64,000 nt of DNA from Candidatus Omnitrophica bacterium UBA6249. Lineage in GTDB: Bacteria > Omnitrophota > Gorgyraeia > Gygaellales > Profunditerraquicolaceae. This document shows positions 9,117 to 14,693 of the stretch, one piece after another. Position numbers and translations under genes: made by a program. The notes beneath the pieces were generated by a model, which was given only the letters and a program-made list of their open reading frames with translations, had not been told where the DNA came from and did not search any database. The stretch is taken from positions 16,335-80,334 of the forward strand of contig DJVT01000002.1 of NCBI GenBank assembly GCA_002441305.1, given 5' to 3'. Each line of letters opens with the position of its first letter. Within the stretch, counting starts at the first letter, position 1.

Positions 9117-9757
9117 TGCATCGTAGTCTGGCGCGACATCGTTCCCCCGCCGGAAGTATATTTACCGCCCTCTCCCAATCCTCCTTCAAGATCTATAGAT
9201 GTCCCTTCTACATCGGAATCCCCTCCCAACGTATCCGTAACTACAAGTGATTTCCGGGTCACTATATTGCCGTTAGCCTCGTCTTTTTGAAAAGTCACAG
9301 TGCTGTAAGATGTACTTGTAAAACCGGAATGGGTGGTTTCGCTGGTATTATAAGGGGCATCACGGGCGGGAATCTCCTGAGGCTCGCCCCTGTTCAACTG
9401 AAACCACGACTTGGACTCAGTATCCGTTTTTACGGTAGCGCCGCTTTCATCGGTAGTCACGTCCTGTTTACCGTCTGACCAAAGGACATTGCTCGAGGCG
9501 CCAAATTGCTGCAACTCTCCCAGCTCCATAGGGCTGGTCACATTGGACATCCTGCGGAAATCGGTTGTCTGCCAAGATGCTGAATTGTTGAGTTTTCTGG
9601 CCTCTTTCAAAGCCGCGCGGAAGGTTTGTTGTATGTAAGACTGCTGCCGGTTGTATATCTCGCTGTGTTTTATGGCAAGAGCAAAAGCCATGAGTATTAT
9701 TGAGCCTAAAATGGCCAATTCTAATACTGCCTGTCCTTTAGATTTCCAGAACATCAT
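9113..9757 (-). CDS. TadE-like pseudopilin (214 aa)
   Basis: MMFWKSKGQAVLELAILGSIILMAFALAI...: a K-G/Q-A-V-L-E-L class-III-like signal plus helix, then an S/T/G/D-rich extracellular part. Confidence 0.6.
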   Translation of the reverse strand: MMFWKSKGQAVLELAILGSIILMAFALAIKHSEIYNRQQSYIQQTFRAALKEARKLNNSASWQTTDFRRMSNVTSPMELGELQQFGASSNVLWSDGKQDVTTDESGATVKTDTESKSWFQLNRGEPQEIPARDAPYNTSETTHSGFTSTSYSTVTFQKDEANGNIVTRKSLVVTDTLGGDSDVEGTSIDLEGGLGEGGKYTSGGGTMSRQTTMQ

Positions 9758-9799
9758 CGGCCCCCTGCAATACTGGATCTAAAACCACCAACCAAGCCT

Positions 9800-10093
9800 C
9801 TATTGGCTATATTGATACGTAGATTCCTCTTTCCCCGTAAGTTTTCTGCCTCCCCCAAGCAGCTCTTGGTTAGTCATGGTTGATTTCAAAGAGGTCGAAC
9901 TTTCGGTATCCGCGGCATCTTCGTCGGGAGCCTGCTGGTCGCTTATGATGTAATCGGTCAAGCTCTTAACTTTCCCCTGCATACCCCTTCTTAGGTAAGC
10001 TTCCATCCCGATAACTACAAGCCCTATGATCCCGATAAGCAAAGCGATCTCGATTACGCTCTGTCCCCTGTCTAAAGAAAACACTGTTTTCAC
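9800..10093 (-). CDS. Extended prepilin-like protein (97 aa), paralog family member
   Basis: MKTVFSLDRGQSVIEIALLIGIIGLVVIGMEAYLRRGMQGKVKSLTDY..., acidic/S/T-rich tail ending YQYSQ. Start overlaps the upstream stop. Confidence 0.6.
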   Translation of the reverse strand: MKTVFSLDRGQSVIEIALLIGIIGLVVIGMEAYLRRGMQGKVKSLTDYIISDQQAPDEDAADTESSTSLKSTMTNQELLGGGRKLTGKEESTYQYSQ

Positions 10094-10821
10094 AGGCCAC
10101 CCAGACTTTCATTTATATTCTTGCTGGTGGATGTTTTGCCGCTTTCGCTGCTATAAGAAGTGGAGGATGAAGAATCTTCGGTTATCTCCCTTGCGTCCCA
10201 GTCCTCCTTCAAAGCATCATATTCATCGCTAAGCTGGCCCAATGTTTCGTATTTGCTATTTAATTCGGTTATATAATTTGCTACTATGCCGCCCTCCGGG
10301 GGACCGGCCCATGTAAGAGCTGTTGCCGGGTCAATCTGGCCGCCTTCCCCGGAAATCGCGAAGGTCTCTTCGAATGCCTTTAAAGCCTCCTCGTCTCCTT
10401 CTATAGCCAGGGCTCCTTCGAATCTAGATTGCATTTCTTCTATTTCTTCATCGGTATATCCACCCTGATTTTTCTCTTGCAGCTCGTCCTCCGTAAACCC
10501 ACCTCTTTCAAAACTGTCTATATCCTCCTGCTGTGTTTGAAGTTCCTCTAATTTATTATCCAAAGCTTCGTTTGGTTCATTCATATTGCCGTAATTTACC
10601 GTGGTGTTCGTCCCGGAAGATTGGGTGGTCTCTATCTTCTTAACCTCGGTATTATGGATGGTGGTATTCCCCGGGTCATACTGTCCTGCCCCCAATTTCT
10701 CAGCATTGCTGCGCACCCCCCCTTGTAACCCGCGATTAACATAAACCAGCATGGCAACTAATGCGGCGGCGAATACCCCGATTAACAAAATATAATCCAA
10801 GGCCGCCTGTCCTTTTTTCAT
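10090..10821 (-). CDS. Extended prepilin-like protein (243 aa) with long acidic tail, paralog family member
   Basis: MKKGQAALDYILLIGVFAAALVAMLVYVNRGLQGGVRSNAEKLGAGQYDPG..., then ~190 aa very rich in E/D/S/T (EDIDSFERGGFTEDELQEKNQGGYTDEEIEEMQ...). Confidence 0.6.
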   Translation of the reverse strand: MKKGQAALDYILLIGVFAAALVAMLVYVNRGLQGGVRSNAEKLGAGQYDPGNTTIHNTEVKKIETTQSSGTNTTVNYGNMNEPNEALDNKLEELQTQQEDIDSFERGGFTEDELQEKNQGGYTDEEIEEMQSRFEGALAIEGDEEALKAFEETFAISGEGGQIDPATALTWAGPPEGGIVANYITELNSKYETLGQLSDEYDALKEDWDAREITEDSSSSTSYSSESGKTSTSKNINESLGGL

Positions 10822-11135
10822 TAGTCCTCCGAGCCAAGATCGCTTATAGTCTCGCTTCCGGTTTTTCTTTGTTCATTTTGAACGATCTCTGTAGTAACCC
10901 TCCCTCCCGATGTCATGTTTTCAACCTGCTCCATGTCAACTGTCGTGGTGTAAGTGGAAGTAGTGTGCCCGGCTGAATACTGCTCTCCTATCTGGTCCGT
11001 CGAACTTCTTAACCTGCCTTGCACGCCCCTTTTCATATACGCCCCCATGGCAATCAGGGCCGCAACGACAAACCCTATCAGGATAACTACTTCAAGAGTG
11101 GTCTGACCTTTTGTTCTGATAAGCGACATATACAC
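10821..11135 (-). CDS. Extended prepilin-like protein (104 aa), paralog family member
   Basis: MYMSLIRTKGQTTLEVVILIGFVVAALIAMGAYMKRGVQGRLRSSTDQIGEQYSAGHTT..., T/S/E-rich tail. Confidence 0.6.
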   Translation of the reverse strand: MYMSLIRTKGQTTLEVVILIGFVVAALIAMGAYMKRGVQGRLRSSTDQIGEQYSAGHTTSTYTTTVDMEQVENMTSGGRVTTEIVQNEQRKTGSETISDLGSED

Positions 11136-11161
11136 CTCCCCGCAAAAGTTATTAAAGCGAT

Positions 11162-11497
11162 TTAATCGTCTACCCCCAAAACGGTACTGGTCCCTGTTCT
11201 TGTGCTGACATCATCTCCCACGATCGATCTGGTTATTCCCCCGCCTTCGGTGGTCGATTCTCTTTCCTGGCTCTTGCGGGTAGAAACCATATCCGAAGTG
11301 GTCTGATAATCAGGTTCATATTGCCCGGTCTGTCCGGTAATATTATCGCTCGCGTCTGTGTAATCCACGGCGTCTTTTATCTTACCCTGAAGCCCGCGCT
11401 TTACATAAACCTGCATAGCTACCGCCGCGGCAATAACTAAACCGATAACAATCGCGTATTCCGCGGTACTTTGCCCTTTGCTTAATCGTCTTAACAT
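11162..11497 (-). CDS. Extended prepilin-like protein (111 aa), paralog family member
   Basis: MLRRLSKGQSTAEYAIVIGLVIAAAVAMQVYVKRGLQGKIKDAVDYTDASDNITGQTGQYEPDY... Strong RBS AAGGAGG upstream of ATG 11497. Confidence 0.65.
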   Translation of the reverse strand: MLRRLSKGQSTAEYAIVIGLVIAAAVAMQVYVKRGLQGKIKDAVDYTDASDNITGQTGQYEPDYQTTSDMVSTRKSQERESTTEGGGITRSIVGDDVSTRTGTSTVLGVDD

Positions 11498-11528
11498 TCC
11501 TGCACCTCCTTGCTTATAAAGACATATT

Positions 11529-11544
11529 CCCGTTTATAAACGGG
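11529..11544 (-). terminator. Weak hairpin after the fourth flp gene (possible partial terminator/attenuator)
   Basis: CCCGTT-TATA-AACGGG, a 6-bp stem immediately after the stop at 11549. The downstream T-tract is poor (AATATGTCTTTAT), so at best it is leaky. Confidence 0.3.
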
Positions 11545-11548
11545 GTCA

Positions 11549-11716
11549 TTAAAAAGAAACCTCCCCCACTTTATCCTGCATCTTATCGGCCAGCTCGCTA
11601 TAAGAAGAGTTTAATTTAGGTTTCAACATACTTCCTACCGCAATTATTGCTCCGACGACCGCAGCTAAAATAATAACGTATTCCAGTGTCCCCTGCCCTT
11701 TTCTGAACTTTTTCAT
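11549..11716 (-). CDS. flp: Flp-family type IVb pilin (55 aa)
   Basis: Below the track cutoff. My translation: MKKFRKGQGTLEYVIILAAVVGAIIAVGSMLKPKLNSSYSELADKMQDKVGEVSF. It has the G/xxxxEY Flp processing motif plus a hydrophobic helix. GGAGGGAGAG precedes ATG 11716. Confidence 0.7.
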   Translation of the reverse strand: MKKFRKGQGTLEYVIILAAVVGAIIAVGSMLKPKLNSSYSELADKMQDKVGEVSF

Positions 11717-11737
11717 CTCTCCCTCCTTATGAAAAAA

Positions 11738-11959
11738 TTATTCCGATCGGTAATAATTAAGCTCCGTCTGCCTCTGTTTAAGACAGGCGTTGGTCGAACG
11801 CATCAGATAAATCGTCATCGCGATCAACGCCGCACTAACAATAATAATAAGCATCGCATATTCTATAAACCCTTGCCCGGATGCTCGTCTATAAAATGCC
11901 ATTTTACCTGGACTCTTTATCCCCCTGTCTTCATCCATCAGCCGTACATAAGCCATCAT
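11738..11959 (-). CDS. flp: Flp-family pilin (73 aa, or 54 aa from internal ATG 11902)
   Basis: ...MAFYRRASGQGFIEYAMLIIIVSAALIAMTIYLMRSTNACLKQRQTELNYYRSE. ATG 11959 overlaps the upstream TGA (ATGATG coupling). The alternative start is 11902. Confidence 0.65.
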   Translation of the reverse strand: MMAYVRLMDEDRGIKSPGKMAFYRRASGQGFIEYAMLIIIVSAALIAMTIYLMRSTNACLKQRQTELNYYRSE

Positions 11960-12114
11960 TGCCCAAGACGTGCATTCATCGCCCTTATCACATAAGTGCT
12001 CATCGCCACTAAGGCCGTGCTTATAACAATAATCAGCATGGTATATTCCAGAAAACTCTGGCCTTGATTTCGTACCATTGCCATCGGCTTTAGAATTGAT
12101 TTTCTTACGGGCAT
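11956..12114 (-). CDS. flp: Flp-family pilin (52 aa)
   Basis: MPVRKSILKPMAMVRNQGQSFLEYTMLIIVISTALVAMSTYVIRAMNARLGQ. ATG 12114 has GAGAGG 6 nt upstream. The track start 12147 would overlap the preceding flp gene. Confidence 0.65.
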   Translation of the reverse strand: MPVRKSILKPMAMVRNQGQSFLEYTMLIIVISTALVAMSTYVIRAMNARLGQ

Positions 12115-12124
12115 ATGAAACCTC

Positions 12125-12280
12125 TCATTGATTGTACACGGTGTCATATATTACAGTCAATTGCGGATTTGCCACTGAGGCAGCCGCGACTATAACACCG
12201 ATAACCACAGCCAAAATTATTACATATTCCAAAGTACTTTGGCCGCACTTACAATATAGAGTACCTCTATTATTAAACAT
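12125..12280 (-). CDS. flp: Flp-family pilin (51 aa)
   Basis: Below the track cutoff. My translation: MFNNRGTLYCKCGQSTLEYVIILAVVIGVIVAAASVANPQLTVIYDTVYNQ. It has the G/QSTLEY motif. No Shine-Dalgarno sequence is present; see the promoter at 12289..12317. Confidence 0.6.
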   Translation of the reverse strand: MFNNRGTLYCKCGQSTLEYVIILAVVIGVIVAAASVANPQLTVIYDTVYNQ

Positions 12281-12288
12281 TCTAACTA

Positions 12289-12317
12289 AATATACCATTT
12301 AAGGATATAACAATCAA
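12289..12317 (-). promoter_or_regulatory. Candidate promoter for the flp/pilin gene string
   Basis: Minus strand TTGATT (12317..12312), 17 nt, TATATT (12294..12289). The -10 ends 8 nt before ATG 12280, so the predicted transcript would be leaderless or nearly so. Confidence 0.35.
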
Positions 12318-12330
12318 GGTTAATCCAGGG

Positions 12331-14235
12331 CTATTTGAAAGCGTTTTCGAACCAGAATATCTTATTCTCGGACGTTTTAACCTTACGCTCATTTAATCTG
12401 TTATTAAAATACCCCAGGTCCTTGAGAAATTGGTAGTCATTGCTCACCAACAACTTAGCGATAAACCTCTCTTTAACAGCACCAAGCTCTGCCAGATTAC
12501 TGTAAAAGAATTTTTCCATATAGGAAAAATCCTTGGCGGAATATTCCGAAGGCAAAAAATGCCAGCGTAAATACTCATCCAGCATCTTAAGGTACAAAGA
12601 GAAAACCTTGGTTAAATCGGCAGGGGCTCCTGTTTTATTCAAATCAAAATTTTCTTTGGGGAAAATCTTGCGCTCGGCCCCGGTATATTTAAAAAGTTCT
12701 ATCTTGCTGTTAAAATCCTGAAACGCTTCTTCAAAATCCGGCCAATGGCTTAAATAAATACCGGCAAGCTTATTTAAATCCTCCGCAAGGGAATTCTCGC
12801 TTGAAAGAATTACTAGGCGGATTTTCTCTCTCAGATCGGTCTTAACCGCGCACCCTTTCAAAGAAAGTTTTCTATTCGGCATACAAAACAAATCGATTTC
12901 AATATCGCCCAAATATAAATCTTGTCCTGTTTCCTCGATATGCCTCAACGAGAAATCGCCGATTTTCTTGACTTTGCGGGTAGAACTGAATTGCCAAGGC
13001 CAAATCCCGAAAACAACGCCAAACTGCGTTTCTTTAACCAAAGAAATCTTTTCTAATTCCTCTAGCTGATCGCCAAACAACACTAAACCTTCCGGATGAT
13101 TATCCGTTCCGGACAGCTTAACGATAAGATCAAAGAACTCAGGTGGAAAAATATCCGAACTGGAAGGAGACAGCAATACCAATGGTTCCCCTTGCATAAA
13201 ATGCTTATCCAGCCTTTTCTTTATTTCATGTATCGTATTGGAAAAATCACAGGGGAAGCGGGTAGCCGGCCAGATTGAATGCAACTGGCCGTCCAAATGA
13301 CTGATACTCCCGTCGGCAAAACTTATTTTCACTCCTTTTGCTTCGGTAAAAAGTTCAGAAACAATCCCGACGCTCTCAGGAACAATATCAGCTATCTGTT
13401 TAATCTGGTCAAAATAATTATTTAATTCTTCACGCGAATACCCGGCACCGACCAAGGCCCCTAAGGCGGGATAATCCTGATCCCTGAACAAAGAGCTGAA
13501 TATCAAAGCCTCCGTAAGTTTCTCTGTGCTTTCTGGCTTGCTCCCAAGCCCCCAGCTTATAACAGAATTAATCTCCTTACTCCCCCCGATCAAACAATCG
13601 ATGGCCTTCAGCATAATCAACCCGGAAGATTTTTTGCTCTTAAGAGATGCTTCGGAATTTAAAGATACACCCTCTGGATGAACAGTTTCTACTTTCTTGT
13701 CCTGCTTAAGTTTTTGCTGTTCCTCTTCCGATATTCTGATCCATCTTTCCTTTTCGGCATTTAATTCGGTTTGGCGGGCCTCCTCCTCTTGTTTCTTCCT
13801 CTCCTCCTCAAGCCTCAAGGCCTCTTCCTGCTTCTTGCTTTCCTCGGCTTCCTGGGCCAGCCTCTTCTCTTCAAGCAGCCTGGCCTCTTCAGCAGCCTTT
13901 GCCTTGGCCATCTCCTCGGCTTCCTGGGCTTCTTTCAGGCGGCGGGCCTCCTCCTCTTGTTTAGTATCAGAAAGCGGTTTTGAGCCGGAAATATCATCTA
14001 TAACCGGTAAAGCAGGCATATTAAATTTCTTCTGCTTTGGCTTTCTTCTCCTGCCAATAGGCATACTCAATTTATTATCTTTAAAAACGTTATTTATACT
14101 GGATTTTGAAACTTTTACATGAAGGTTTTCTAAAAGCAGTGTGGACAAATCGCGGCAGCTTAATGCAGGATTTTCTCGCTTGTTTTCTATGATAAAATTA
14201 ATTATTTCCGGTTTAAGCTTATGAATTACTCCCAT
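12331..14235 (-). CDS. HTH-domain protein with E/K/A-rich coiled coil and large uncharacterised C-terminal domain (634 aa)
   Basis: N-terminus KLKPEIINFIIENKRENPALSCRDLSTLLLENLHVKVSKSSINNVFK (HTH-like), then a basic stretch GRRRKPKQKK. Residues ~90-185 are EEARRLKEAQEAEEMAKAKAAEEARLLEEKRLAQEAEESKKQEEALRLEEERKKQEEEARQ. The remaining ~430 aa belong to no family I recognise. GGAGAG RBS. Confidence 0.7.
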   Translation of the reverse strand: MGVIHKLKPEIINFIIENKRENPALSCRDLSTLLLENLHVKVSKSSINNVFKDNKLSMPIGRRRKPKQKKFNMPALPVIDDISGSKPLSDTKQEEEARRLKEAQEAEEMAKAKAAEEARLLEEKRLAQEAEESKKQEEALRLEEERKKQEEEARQTELNAEKERWIRISEEEQQKLKQDKKVETVHPEGVSLNSEASLKSKKSSGLIMLKAIDCLIGGSKEINSVISWGLGSKPESTEKLTEALIFSSLFRDQDYPALGALVGAGYSREELNNYFDQIKQIADIVPESVGIVSELFTEAKGVKISFADGSISHLDGQLHSIWPATRFPCDFSNTIHEIKKRLDKHFMQGEPLVLLSPSSSDIFPPEFFDLIVKLSGTDNHPEGLVLFGDQLEELEKISLVKETQFGVVFGIWPWQFSSTRKVKKIGDFSLRHIEETGQDLYLGDIEIDLFCMPNRKLSLKGCAVKTDLREKIRLVILSSENSLAEDLNKLAGIYLSHWPDFEEAFQDFNSKIELFKYTGAERKIFPKENFDLNKTGAPADLTKVFSLYLKMLDEYLRWHFLPSEYSAKDFSYMEKFFYSNLAELGAVKERFIAKLLVSNDYQFLKDLGYFNNRLNERKVKTSENKIFWFENAFK

Positions 14236-14263
14236 ACACTCTCCAGATTGGACATTTTTAATT

Positions 14264-14292
14264 ACTATACTGCCTATTCAGCAGGTTGTCAA
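14264..14292 (-). promoter_or_regulatory. Candidate sigma70-type promoter upstream of the HTH/coiled-coil gene
   Basis: Minus strand TTGACA (14292..14287), exactly 17 nt, TATAGT (14269..14264), ~30 nt upstream of ATG 14235. Confidence 0.45.
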
Positions 14293-14338
14293 GAAACCAT
14301 ATCTTCCAGACTAACAAAATTAGATATCTAACAGGCGG

Positions 14339-14683
14339 TTAAGATGAAAAAGAAAGGTTGTCGCCTTTTTGAGTGCATGTCAAGCTAATGGTTCCGGAAG
14401 GCAATTCAATCACTTTGGAAGAATTCCAGTATACGGGACTGAGTTTATTCGGGGATAGTTTATGGATAATATCTATTACTCGAAAAGCTTTATCTGCAAA
14501 AATTACATCTATCGGGAAACGCATAAAGAAAGTATGCACAGAAATACAGGGTTCCAGAATAAGCGCTTGCCCGGAAGAAAAAGTATTTTTCCCCAACAAC
14601 CCTTTAACTCTTTTTAAGAAAGTATCGGCTAAAATTACATCATCGGATAAAACGGTATTTTTTGTCCGGTTTATCAAACGCAT
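14339..14683 (-). CDS. DUF192 domain protein
   Basis: 114 aa. ADTFLKRVKGLLGK...GQALILEPCISVHTFFMRFPIDVIFADKAFRVIDI...VIELPSG matches the DUF192/COG1430 pattern. Confidence 0.7.
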   Translation of the reverse strand: MRLINRTKNTVLSDDVILADTFLKRVKGLLGKNTFSSGQALILEPCISVHTFFMRFPIDVIFADKAFRVIDIIHKLSPNKLSPVYWNSSKVIELPSGTISLTCTQKGDNLSFSS

Positions 14684-14693
14684 GGATATTCCC

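Noticed and set aside
13697-14122. S/L/F/A-rich ORFs (141 and 70 aa) on the plus strand, and analogous S-rich minus-strand ORFs at 27129..29096
   Set aside because: They are the reverse-complement shadow of E/K/A-rich coiled-coil coding DNA (GAA/AAG/GCC repeats read as TTC/CTT/GGC). This is a compositional artefact.
12281-14338. The HTH/coiled-coil gene as an active insertion sequence
   Set aside because: There are no terminal inverted repeats or target-site duplication in the flanks (12281..12330, 14236..14338). The catalytic DDE residues cannot be identified, and the flanks instead contain promoter-like elements. At most it is a domesticated relic.
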